A DNA stretch of 62,905 nucleotides, the filler included, from Intoshia linei (Eukaryota; Animalia; Orthonectida), in NCBI GenBank assembly GCA_001642005.1. It is 8 parts of 8 records of this genome, joined end to end, with 100 filler letters (N's around TTAATTAATTAA, not from the genome) between each part and the next. Parts side by side here need not be neighbours in the genome. Positions count along the whole stretch, not along the records: positions 49,773 to 59,985 come from LWCA01001297.1; positions 60,086 to 62,905 come from LWCA01002208.1; 6 more parts are not named here. One strand, 5' to 3'. The translations under genes and the position numbers were made by a program. The notes under the pieces are model-generated. The model worked only from the letters and a program-made list of their open reading frames with translations, made no database searches and had not been told where the DNA came from. How positions within the stretch are numbered: position 1 is the first letter of the stretch; each line of letters starts with the position of its first letter. This document shows positions 51,270 through 62,905 of the stretch, in pieces.

Positions 51270-52812
51270 TATCAATATAATATTAAAAAAGACACACGAA
51301 AAAATGTGGAAAGTTTTATTTAAAATTAATTTTGTGAGGAATAAAACACCGAGTGAATCAAATGAAAAAAGTGAATCGCTTGTTGAGGAAAAGGAAAAAG
51401 AGGTCAATTGTAATGTAATTGTAAGTATTATTATATTACATTTTTTGCATGATGATATTTTAAATTGTGATGTCAAGGACTTTATTAGCCCAGTGATGTA
51501 ATTATCCAGCCCCTTACTGACTAAACCATTGATGAAGTAGTAATTTAAAAATTGTAATTGTGTAACTTTTCTGTGTTTTTAGTTAAAAGTTAATTGATTG
51601 TATTATTTAATTTATCCACTACAATATAAGAACTACCGGTGTATCCGTATAAACATTTTAGATTATTATTTCATCTAAAGTTTTTATTTTATATTTTAAA
51701 ATATTTTATTTATTTAGGAAGACACAGAAAACTTGATTGAAATTGGTGAAGTTTATCAGATTCATCAGGTTGAATTGAAAAATAAGACTAAAAAGATTGT
51801 CGTAATATTTATTTGATTAATATTGATTATTTGATAGTAAATAATGGTTATTTATACTACTGTATTATTAAATGTTGTATATCGTATATAATAAATACAT
51901 GAGGAATACGATAATTGTATAATTCATTGAGATTCGAACCTACCAAGCTCGAGTCACCGAAAATGAAAAAAGGCACCTAAAAAAAATTTCACAAAATATG
52001 CGTAATGTCACATAGCCTTTTAATCTCTCCAAGGTTTTTGATATGACATTTTAAATTTACACAAAAAATAGTTATCATATTGAACAGTATAATTTTTTAA
52101 ATGCTCAATTTTGGAAAAATATTGGCCATCTTACAAATTTCATCGAACCCTCCAGAGGGTCTCGGGTATGGCAATCATTACACTATGTTAAATATATTAT
52201 ATTGAAAATAATTATTATATAGAATCAACTTGAACTCTCAGATTTGGTAAACACTCGACAGGGTATTTTTGGTGGACTTGAAACAAATTTAAATGCAATT
52301 GAGGCAGACACTCTGTTTTTATGTAAAAATGTGGATTTGGCAGCTTTCAGGTTATACATTGATGAAAAATTAATTAAAACTACAAATGTTTCAGTAAATG
52401 TGATTAAAGCTAGACATGTATATTCTTTAGACGCTTTATCATATATTCAGGTAATCATATAATCTTTAATTTTACTATACTAACATCGATTAAAATTATC
52501 ATTAATTCTGTGACATTGTACATTTAGAGTGGAAAAAAGAATAGCACTATTTATCAATCATATTCTCCGAATTGTAAATTTTCAGTTATAGTTGAAAAGT
52601 GCAACAATGTTTATATTTATTTGAAAGAATCTTCCCAATTGAACAAAAAAACTATACATAAAAACCCTAAAATTGTAGACACTATAGCTAAACAATATAT
52701 TTTTACGCTGGCCGATAAATTTGACGATATTGTTGGCATCAAAATCATTAATGACCACCAAATACATTTATTAACACAATTGTCTATTATTGTATTGTAT
52801 ATTAAAATTTGA
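51270..52812 (+). CDS. NUDCD1: NudC domain-containing protein 1, 3' exons (51270-51420, 51718-51801, 52223-52450, 52528-52812)
   Basis: Spliced LFLCKNVDLAAF..RHVYSLDALSYIQSGK..SPNCKFSVIVEKCNNVYIY..IAKQYIFTL..DIVG..IHLLT matches the NUDCD1 C-terminus (LRHDVD..HIATFNALGYVQASK..APN..RVFIY..VAKQQV); phases are consistent. Confidence 0.75.
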
Positions 52813-53256
52813 ATGGTTTTAAAACTCGTTTGTCAACGTTAACCCAATATAATGAAATTTAACAGGTAAAAATAGAATGAATTCGCAAATTCCATCAAAC
52901 ACCATCCTTAATTATATAAGAAAAATAGCTAAATATGTATTTCTGTTAAATTGACACAGTCAATTTTCTATTTATGAAATTAAGATCCGTAGAATTGGAG
53001 AAAAATTATGGAACACTTTTTAAAATGATTCACATTATCGTAGGTTTAAACCTCAGAAACTTGCATCTTAATGGTCAAAACCTAAATTACCCTTTTATTA
53101 AATAAAGAATTCCAGAATTATATAAACAATATTGGAACTTCCAATTTAGGAGGCTCAATGTAACTTCTGCGTAAATAGCACTAAGGAAATACAAGGAATG
53201 ACTTGTCTACATGATTCATTAGCCACACCAATCGATTATTTCCGGTGTAAATATTA

Positions 53257-56200
53257 TTAGCTATTAAGAATGGTAAATTTAATATTAAACTCATTGCATT
53301 TCGCAACTACAATTAACGCATTTTTAGGGTGATAATTTGAGACTGAATTTTGATAATTTGTAAAGTTTCCATATGAATAAGGTTGACCACTTTCTGTATA
53401 GTCAGCTAGTTTTTTATTTAATAAATCAATTATTTTAAAATTTAAAACCTTTAAATTAATGTTTTGTTTCTTCAATTGTTGATTTTTTTCAATCATTCTA
53501 TTTAGCTCAATTTTTAATATTTTCTTTTTTGGTAAAGTCTAAAAAAAGTAAATTATTAATTTCAAACATAATTATGGCGAACTACCAGTGCCAAAATTCC
53601 ATCGAGGGATCTCGACGAAATTTTTTTAAAAAAGATGGCTTTAATTTACTAAATTAAGCATTAAAAAAATCGTACATATCAACTAATCTGTGTGTTAAAT
53701 TTACAATGTCAACTCAAAAATCTTAGAGAGGTGAATAAGGTTATATGACATTATAATTCGTCTACAAAATTTTTTAAGGGGCTATTTTTCATTTTAGGAG
53801 TGGCCACGAGCTTGCTAAATTCGATTATAGGAACTACTATCGAACTAAGTTAAATTTTTACATAGATTAAATTGAACGCACGTAAAAATTATCACGTTAT
53901 TCAGTATTTTTTCACTTCATTAAGATGAAATGATGTTTACATTCACTAATTATAATAATAAATATTATTTTTAAAAAGATTTTCTAAAACCATTTTGACT
54001 AAAACTAGTTAAATATCATTCAAATTAAATTTTGTCAGAGTTCATTATAAACGTGTTAGATTGTATACCTTTTTTTTAAGCGTTAATACAGCAATTTTTT
54101 CTTTTAAACTTTTAATTTGAACATGTTTAACATCTAAACTTTTCTTTAATTCGGCAACTAATAAATTAAGTTCATTTTTTTATTGATAAATAACCAAGAT
54201 TAATCAGTCTTTCATTTTCTATTGAGCATTCATCTAATTTAGGATAAATCTTTAATTTTTGTTCGAAAGATTTTAAATGAGAATTTGATAAGACAATATA
54301 AGCATTTGAAAATTTCAATTGATTACAATTTGAACAGAAATTTGAAGATTCTTGATTTTTTATTTCTATTTGCTATATTCATGTATTTTAAAGTGTTATT
54401 AGTAGGATTTCCCTACTAGGACAATAAAGGTTAATAAAGTTAATTTTTCATAAATTAATTACATATAATTCCAAGCATGATGATACCACTATTATGTTTA
54501 ATAATTGGCTATTTAAAATTTTATTAAGTTAATAAAGTAATTTTTTTCAAATGAATTATGAGTGGAGTCAACATAAAAAATATAATATAAGATGAACGTT
54601 ATTAGTTAAATTCTTAATGTGTCCGGCCCGCCTAATTATCAGAATCTATCATCCAGTCCCTTACTATCATAATGTTGTCCACCCGTTTTAGTAAATCTTA
54701 TAAAGACTAATAATAAAATAAAATTAAACTTTTTCAAGTTCTGTAATTCTTTGTTTAATATCTGTGGCTTCGCGTTGTAGTGACCAAATTTGATCAGATT
54801 TTGTTTGATTTTCATTTTTAGATAAATAATCTCGTAGTTCCACCAATTGATTTTCTCTTTCCTGTAACATAAACGTCAGATCTTGTACGTCAGACATATT
54901 TTGTAACGATTTGCTAAATTCATATCTTGTCGATAGCTTGTCAAATCTAAATACATATTTACAAATTTCTAAAATTGTATGTATTGTGGAAAACGGTAAA
55001 TAAGTCTCCATTTTTATATTACAATTTTGTATAAAAATTATATATTATGAACATTTTTTACCAAACTTTCAATCGGAATTATGAGACTTTTTAATCAAAC
55101 CTTTGAAGGGAAAAACAGTAAAAAGAATTTTCAGATTATTTTGTTTACCTAACCTTAATAAACCAAAAAATTGTAGGAAAATTTTAAAAAAACCTTTAAA
55201 AAGATATTTATAAATAAAAAAAATAATCTGAAAATTCCCTTTTAACAGTTAGGTAAAAAATATGTTCATAATATCTAATTTTTATACATGTATTATGAAA
55301 ATTGAGACTGATATACTTTAATTTCGTATTTTGTCAATCGAAAATGTAACATTTGCCAAATTTATATAATAAAAGTCCATATTGCGACCTTTATGGACAT
55401 TTCAGAATAGAAAAGTTCGTTTTCACTAACTTTTCAAAAAAACCCCAATTTACCCGCCCATTAAACAATTCATCTACTTTTACCAATATTTTGAGAAGAA
55501 ATAAAACTTTACCTATTCGAGAATAAAAAACGTTGAGCAACTTTTAACAGTGCACTGTACTCAACAATTTTCTAGCAAAAATCACCAATCTAACTTTATC
55601 AATATGCGCAATTACTAGTTAAAAAAATGTAAAAATTACAGCACAATTGTAGATTTTTTAAAGAATATTTTATAAAATTTGAGCAATAAATGCAATAATT
55701 TTGTTCCAATATGTAAAACATCAGAAAAAACTCCAACCATATTTTCAAGGGTTGCTCCATTGCTTTCACCCTAAATTGATTAATCATAATTTAATTGAAA
55801 TCATTTTCATTTTTTTTCACATTAAACTTATTCTATTTTTATGGTTCAAACATTTTCAAGGCGGATGTACAGTCAATTCTGTTCTATATGAACATCTTAG
55901 AATATGAACTGAGATCAATATGAACACGACAATTTTGTTTGAATAAACATTGATTGGACATTTCGAAACATTTAATTATATTATTATTGCCATTCATATA
56001 TGTTTATATTACACTATAGTATGAACATGATCAAAACCTGGTCCCTTCATGTTCATATAGAACAGAATCGACTGTATATTGTCAAAAAGGTATTAGCAAC
56101 GTGAACCCAAAAGTTTAGTGAGTTAAGTTAGTATAATTGAAATAGTCAGTGTAAATTATTAACACAAATATATGATAAATACATTTCTGATGACATTTCC

Positions 56201-57049
56201 AATGTGAACAATGGTCCAAGAAAGAATCAAAAAATTTTGGTTTGGCAGACGTTTTAACAGAGAACGTATAGTTGAAAACTTCATCTTGTCATATGAAATT
56301 GCTAAGAATAAAGCATAAATATTTTTTGACAGTAAAAAGAACAAAATGTTATTTTTAAAAAATTACAACACGCGTGATCAAAAATTAAAGACAATTCTTT
56401 GGTTAAAATTCTCTCGGGAAGAGAACGCAAATACAATTTTAATAATGCCGCAACATTGATATGATCATCTGAGTCAAAAACGACATCATCAAGTTGATCA
56501 AAGTATTGTTTATAAGTGTATATCACCGATTTATTTCCGTGGTATTTATAAATTCCATAATGCAAAAGACCTGTAGATTAAAACTATAATTGAAAATTCG
56601 ATTCGATCAAAATAAATTCGGCAAAATTACCATACATTTCCATGTGCTGAATACAATAACGAAACACGCATGGCAATTGAATATTATCGGAAAGTTGAGA
56701 CAATTGAACCTAATATGAAAATATACATGGTAGAAGAAAAATAATACAGCCGTCTCAAGCGAAGCTCCAAATATTAATTTATTACGTGATTTTTCTAAAA
56801 AAATGAGCCTTTTTATAGAATAAAATTACTTTTTGCAGATTCTTTAATCAGTCGAGGTACATGAAAAACATTGTGCAACTAAATTTAATGGCATATAGAT
56901 AAATTTACATTATCACGGTACTTTTTTCGAGGATGGCGCCGAAAAAGTTGCTGGTAGTAGACTATATGGATTTTAATTTATTTTACATTAAATTACTCTT
57001 CGAATTCCAAAGAACTAGTCTCGCTTGAATCACTCAAACTTTGAGACAT
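53257..57049 (-). CDS. RALBP1: RalA-binding protein 1 (RLIP76), RhoGAP plus Ral-binding coiled coil, multi-exon
   Basis: IFGASLETAV..DNIQLPCVFRYCIQHMEMYGLLHYGIYKYHG..VAALLKLYLRSLPERILTKEL..LPNQNFLILSWTIVHI, followed by KSDQIWSLQREATDIKQRI (RBD helix). ATG at 57049 splices in frame; the last exon is tentative. Confidence 0.85.
55029..55288. mobile_element. MITE with ~40-bp terminal inverted repeats in RALBP1 intron
   Basis: tgtataaaaatta(t/g)atattatgaacat..tttttacc(a/t)aact is present at both ends in inverted orientation. Confidence 0.6.
55870..56074. mobile_element. Tc1/mariner-pogo MITE, 205 bp
   Basis: 26-bp TIR CAGTC(A/G)ATTCTGTTCTATATGAACAT with one mismatch, flanked by TA on both sides. 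Confidence 0.85.
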
Positions 57050-57548
57050 TACATATGGTGCTGAATATTACTATAGTGTAAAAAATCAATTGAAAATTTA
57101 TTTAAATTAAATCAAGTTTTATTCTGTTTTGTAAATTAATATGATTTACAGTATTTATTTAATTTTATTTAATTAACTGAAATTAGTGTGAATTAATAAA
57201 AAATTAATTAAAATTGAAGAATAGCATCATACAATTGTTGAAATGATTTTTATGAATGTTAATATTATGAATTATAGTAATTATTAATTAATAATGTAAC
57301 GTTGTATACTAACATCTGTATAACAAACTTATGTTTTACATATTTCTTTATTTACTATTCTAAATGTCCTTGAAAGATTACAAAGACTTAGAAATATTTA
57401 ATTTTTAATTAAAGATTTATGATATTCTTCAAGACTTTACAAATATTTCTATTTTTAAGTCCTAGTAGTTATATGGAACAGACAGAATTAAAACCGGAGA
57501 TTCCAAACGATTTGAAATTACAAATTACAAAATTTACAAATTTTTGAA

Positions 57549-59720
57549 ATGAGATTTAATAAAGCAAATAAACAATTTGGAAATAAAAATAATCATGATC
57601 GCAAGTTAAATAATGTGAATAAATTCGATGCTCTGAAAGAATATGTTAATGATAAACAAGATGATCAAAGCAATGATAAAATATGTTATAACTGTGGTAT
57701 GGAATTAAAATTTAATAATTATTCTATATTTTATGTAAATGCTAAAATCAGTAATAAAATGTACTCATGTTTAATTGATACAGGTTCAATCGCTTCGTTT
57801 CTCCTAAATTCATTTAAACATCATCAAAAAGTTAAATTTCAATATATCTGTTACTGGTTCTAAACTAAATACAAGTGGTGTATGCAATGTGCAAGTTAAA
57901 ATTGATTCTTTGAAAAAATCCTTTCGTCATCAATTTGTTATATCTAAAGGTATTAATGATCCTATTCTCGATTTAATTTTCTTAAATGGTAATTCAATTT
58001 AAATTCTGCAAAATCCAATGAGATTAAAACTAAATATCTAAGCAAATAAATTTTATTAGAAATTATAAATCAAACTCAATGGATATGTGTGATCCAAATT
58101 TGAATAGTATCACTGAAATTCACTTAATGGGATCTATGAATACTCAATTTTAAAATACAGTCAATGATTTTAAATACTTAATTACTAATAAACCCACTGC
58201 TAGAAACTATGCTCATGATATTTCAATAAAGGATAATGAAAAACCCACTATTATTCATTCGTATTCTCCCCATGCATCACAAAAAGATTGTTTTTGATCA
58301 AATTAAAGAAATGTTAAATGCTGGAATTATTGAAGCAGTAGGTCAAGGAGGTAGCCAATACCGATCTTCTTGTCTTCTAGTTAAAAAGAAAGATGGTACA
58401 GATAGATTCGGCGTTGATTATCGTAAATTAAACGGTATCACTAAACGATACATGTATCCTGTACCAAAATAACTCATATCTTTGATAGCTTGAAAGGACA
58501 TAAATATTTTTCTACCTTTGACTTATGCTCTGGTTTCTGGCAAATTCCTTTGTCAAATGATTTTAAAACAAAAAATTCTTTTACTGTTGGTCCTAGAGGA
58601 ACCCTTTATCAATTTAAAGTAATGCCATATGGTTTAGTGAACGGACCAGCAACCTGTCAAGGAATGCTGGATGGTATATTGAAAAATTTACCATTTGCAC
58701 ACGGATATATGGATGATATTATTATTGCTTCAAAAAGTCTCAATCAGCATAAGAAACATCTCATATTACTTCTTAAAAGGATAGCAAAGGAAGGTTTAAA
58801 ATTAAAATCAAGTAAATGCCATATTGGCCTAAGTCAAATAAATTTCCTAAGACACATTATTGATACTAACGGAATACGGGTTGATCCAAATAAAATTAAT
58901 GTTATAAAGAAAATAAAAACTCCAAACAGCGTCAAGGAATTATAACGATTTCTCGGTTGTACTAATTATCATAGACGTTTTATAAAAAAATTTTCGGAAA
59001 TCGGTGAACCGTTATATAAACTATTGAGAAAAGGAGTTAAATTTGAATTGAATTCTGAATGCGAAACTTCTTATAAAAATATCAAAGAAGCCTTTTGTTC
59101 CGCTCCAGTCATGGCTTTAGCAGATGATACTAAACAATTTGTGTTGAAAACTGATGCTTCCGAGTTAGGCATAAGAGCTGTTCTTTCGCAAGATAACAGA
59201 CCTGTAGAATATGCCAGCTGATCATTGATACCTGAACGCAACTATAGCACAGTCGACAGAGAAGCTTTAGCTGTCGTATACGCCGTTAATAAATTCAAAC
59301 ATTATTTACTGGGAAAACGTTTTATCATTCTTACTGACCATAATCCTCTTACCTCAATAGAAAATTCTTCTAAATTAATTGGCAAAAAATTCAGATGGTT
59401 TCAAGATTTGGGAAATTATGATTATGAAATACAATACAGACCTGGCGTTAAAAATAAAATGGCCGATCAATTATTACGATGTAATGCTATTATACATGAT
59501 AATGATGAATTAAACATTTAAAAATATCAATCAAATGATGCTCATTGTAAAGAAATCATTGAATTTTTACTTAAAGACAAACCTGTTGATCCATCCAATA
59601 AATATTATCGCAACTTAAGTAAGTTTATCATTAAAAACAATCTGCTTAATTTTAGTAAACGGAATGCACATAATATGCTTATTATCACTCCAATACCATT
59701 AAGAGATAAATTAATTAAAC
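57549..59720 (+). mobile_element. Degenerate Ty3/Gypsy LTR retrotransposon internal region (gag knuckle remnant, PR, RT, RNase H, start of IN)
   Basis: CYNCG, LIDTGS, KKKDGTDRFGVDYRKLN, FDLCSGFWQI, MPYGLVNGPAT, YMDDII, TDASELGI and ERNYSTVDREALA..TDHNPL; many stops and frameshifts; no LTR found. Confidence 0.92.
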
Positions 59721-60669
59721 ATTTGCATTATCATTATGATTATTATTATGACGGAATGTACGATGGTTTAACAGTAGTCGACATATCATCAGTCACCCAT
59801 AGAGAATGGATGGAGTATTTAACCCAACGTGAGGAATGTGAACGTCGTAGAGCGCATCAATTTTAAAGATCTCTTAAAATTTAAAAAATGTTCCCTTAAT
59901 AACCCTACAAAATATTGGTCGGAAAACCAAATGATTCATCGACCCGTTTACAATCCATGGATGGAGTTAGAGCAATTTTTGGTGANNNNNNNNNNNNNNN
60001 NNNNNNNNNNNNNNNNNNNNNNNNNNNNNTTAATTAATTAANNNNNNNNNNNNNNNNNNNNNNNNNNNNNNNNNNNNNNNNNNNNGGGGGGGAAACAAGC
60101 ATTCTCATGAGCTTAATCTGTTTGAAAAATCATGTCTTGATGGCTTGGTTCGGCTTTATTTGCACTATCCTCTTCTATATTATTCTTTTCACTTTCTTCA
60201 TAAAAAGTAATGTGATATGATGGTTCCAACAACGAAATATTAGATCTACCAATAAATTATTTGAGTTTTAAATCGCACCACCTAACATTGAACAATTTTC
60301 TGTACTTATTTTATTACAACACTTTTAAAGGACGTCCATTCTGTGGACATAGCGACATTCGTTTGAGCGATGTATTGTGGGAGCGATACATCTTAGAGTC
60401 TTAGAGTGACATAATCATCGATTTTACTAATTTATCATATCATTGATTTTTTCACAAAATTTAATGGGTTTCTTTATTCATATTTTGGGGAAAAAATTTT
60501 GTAGGGTTTTTAAGGGAATATTTTTTTCTACCATTTTTTAAAGATTTTGAAGATAATTTTGGGACCAAAATTTATAGGATTTTTGAGGTAAGTTTTTTTT
60601 ATTTTTTTTAAAGATTATGAAGATCCCATAAAAGATAAAATATATATTGAATTAATTAAATTAATTAAA

Positions 60670-61270
60670 TGTTTTTACATAAATCACTAGATATCTTCAA
60701 TGTCGCCGTTTTGAGATGCCGCAAATCATTTCTAAAAGCAATGGATCGATGTAAATATGTTATGGGTGTGACAAGTCCATTTTTTTGTTTACCTCTAAAG
60801 TTGACAGCAATTTGCAATGTAAATGAATGTAATTTCTTAATAATTAATATTATCTAAATAAGCGTTTTCCGATTGCCGGTCCGAGAAGAATATGCATAAT
60901 TTTTGAAAAATATATTAAAAATAATGATAAAATACATACTTTGTATTTGATTTAAATAAATAAGAAATCAAAAATTATCTCACCGTCAAAAATCATTGTA
61001 TTAAAATGAATGTTCGCCATCGATGGCATTACTAACACTAATATTTAAATATTATACATGTATTAATAGACATTCCATCAATTATTGGATTAAATTGTAC
61101 AAGTGAAATACCTCTCAATATTGGAACACAATTTAATCAAATTTTATTTTCGTTTGAAGAATTTAAACAAAATTTCCAGATTGATGCCATCCAACAGAAT
61201 GTAATTTTATCATATCAAGCCGTTCATAGAGAATTTCGGTCAATGTGAATGGTTGACTCATTGATATTGA
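60670..61270 (-). other. Probable exons of an unidentified gene
   Basis: GC-richer open segments with splice-like ends, e.g. KLHSFTLQIAVNFRGKQKNGLVTPITYLHRSIAFRNDLRHLKTATLKISSDL|gtaaa and VMPSMANIHFNTMIFD|gtgag. Confidence 0.3.
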
Positions 61271-61347
61271 GTAAACGTACAATAGAGAAAAAAATTTGAT
61301 TAAACTTTTGATTTGGAAAAATTACACATTTTAATAATTCTTTAAAG

Positions 61348-61648
61348 CAAGGGGTCCCAAACTCATTTTTGTACCGCTCCCTTGAAAAAATTTTTAATCA
61401 CGTCGTATGTTTAAAAATTTACTCATTAATTATTTATTTTTTATATAGTATATATTTCTGAAGTTGATATTTAATATTAATGAAAATTAAAAAATAATGT
61501 ACTTATTGCTGTGTTACTGTTTATGTTTCTTTTTATTTGTTTTTCCTTCTTTAAAAATTTTTTTTCATGTTTATATTATTTATTAAAATTTTGCTCTAAG
61601 TGAATTAATCGCCCGTGGGGCGATATCGCCTAAATTTGGGAAACGCTA
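61348..61648. mobile_element. hAT (Charlie/Buster-like) MITE
   Basis: Degenerate TIRs caaggggtcccaaa / tttgggaaacgcta; exact 8-bp TSD ctttaaag (61340-61347, 61649-61656). Confidence 0.72.
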
Positions 61649-62084
61649 CTTTAAAGTGTAACCAAAATTTAGGAAGATCTCAACCATACTAGTTTCGTTA
61701 TTGTACGAAACATAAAATACTAAAAATTTTAAATCGTAAACTTTTAATCTTACAACTCCATTATTCGTTCATAGATTGAAATTTAATTTTAAATTAAAAT
61801 TTAGAAAATTGAAAAAAAGACTAACGTTTCGAAAATTTTGAATTATATACCGGAAAATAATGACATTTCCAATATATTATTAAAATTGAACAAAAGTGTT
61901 TATTTGAAAGTATTTAATGATAATTTAATGATTTGGTTCATTATTTTTGCTATTTGTCTTTTAATTTATCGGTAAAATTATTTTGATTTTATGAAATTCG
62001 GGTATTTTAATAATTAAATATATAATTAGAAAATAGGACTATGCAACCGGTGCACTGCGTCTGCGGTGCTACCATTATTACCGA

Positions 62085-62840
62085 AATTTTTGTTTATATC
62101 AATTGGAATAACCTGTATCATAATAATCTTTTTTAAATTGTAGGACCGTTAATTATTTCAAATTTTTTGTTTTAATAAAATAGTTTCGAAATAAAAAAAA
62201 ATGAATACTAAAGTGCTTTTTCGACCGTGAAGGGTCACTTGGGCAAATTGAAATTTAATTAATTTATTGTTGTGTGTATTATCTGGTTATTAGCTAATAA
62301 TACATAATAATATATAATTATAAGTTATTGGTCTGTGTATTAGCTGTATCAACTGAATTTTTTTAAATTCTAAGGCTTTTTTAATTTTTAAAAAAAGGTT
62401 AATTTGTGGTTTTTATCGTAAAATGTACTTTTTTGTGGTTGCCATTTATGATAATGCTAATACTTTTAAAAACTATTCTACAATTTATGTTTTATAAAAA
62501 TTTAGGACATGTTTCATTTTTAAAACAAAGGGTAATTTGTAGTTTTGACCATGAAGGTGTGTTTCTGAGGCTGAGATTTACGACAATGTTAATGATTTTA
62601 AAACGCGTTCCAGAATGTGTTTTATTAAATTGTTGTGATGATATTTTTTTTAAATAAAAGGGAAAATTGGGTTTTTGACACTGAAGACTCAAATTCTGAA
62701 ACTGAAAAATAAATAAAAACAAGTCCTGCGAAAAAAATGTATTTGAAATTGTGTTTTTTAAATTCTACCACTGTTAATTTTTTAAATATACGGTAAGACA
62801 TACAGATCACGCAGACATTCAATTTTATATACAAAATGTA
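62085..62840 (-). mobile_element. Older Helitron subfamily copy
   Basis: Homology to the family core (gaccgttaattatttc, gaccgtgaag, gggtaatttg) and to 17634-18570. Confidence 0.6.
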
Positions 62841-62905
62841 TGTGTAATAGGGTGTCCACTTTTTTAAAGATCAAAAAGTATATTTGCTTATAGATGTATT
62901 TTTAT

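Noticed and set aside
56830-56880. LHNVFHVPRL resembling a retroelement integrase C-terminal motif
   Set aside because: It splices in phase on both sides as an N-terminal RALBP1 exon.

Overview
Very AT-rich eukaryotic (animal) genomic DNA with a compact gene layout: 30-40 nt mini-introns alternate with long introns swollen by transposons. The organism resembles a highly reduced invertebrate parasite such as an orthonectid (inference only). The window is interrupted by seven artificial 100-nt N-blocks, each carrying a TTAATTAATTAA six-frame-stop linker, so adjacency across those blocks is not secure. By manual splicing I recognise PUS7 (-), a divergent BTG/Tob-domain gene (+), ATP6V1H (-), a TMEM186-like gene (+), the 3' end of CMIP (-), tRNA-Cys(GCA), an LCAT/PLA2G15-like 3' half (+), CEP162 (-), the RIB43A/RIBC 3' half (+), SLC35B2 (-), the NUDCD1 3' half (+) and RALBP1 (-), plus two orphan exon clusters. 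Mobile DNA comprises about 12 copies of a non-autonomous Helitron family (A|TC...hairpin-CTRR|T), hAT and Tc1/pogo MITEs with TSDs, fossils of Tc1, Tigger, hAT, PIF/Harbinger and piggyBac transposases, and a decayed Gypsy element. The most notable observations are a BTG domain placed internally in a ~568-aa protein, a RALBP1 with Lys at the GAP arginine finger, the Helitron family, and a same-strand pile-up of DNA-transposase fossils. I see no clearly new multi-gene system. All homology calls come from recalled motifs, not database searches.
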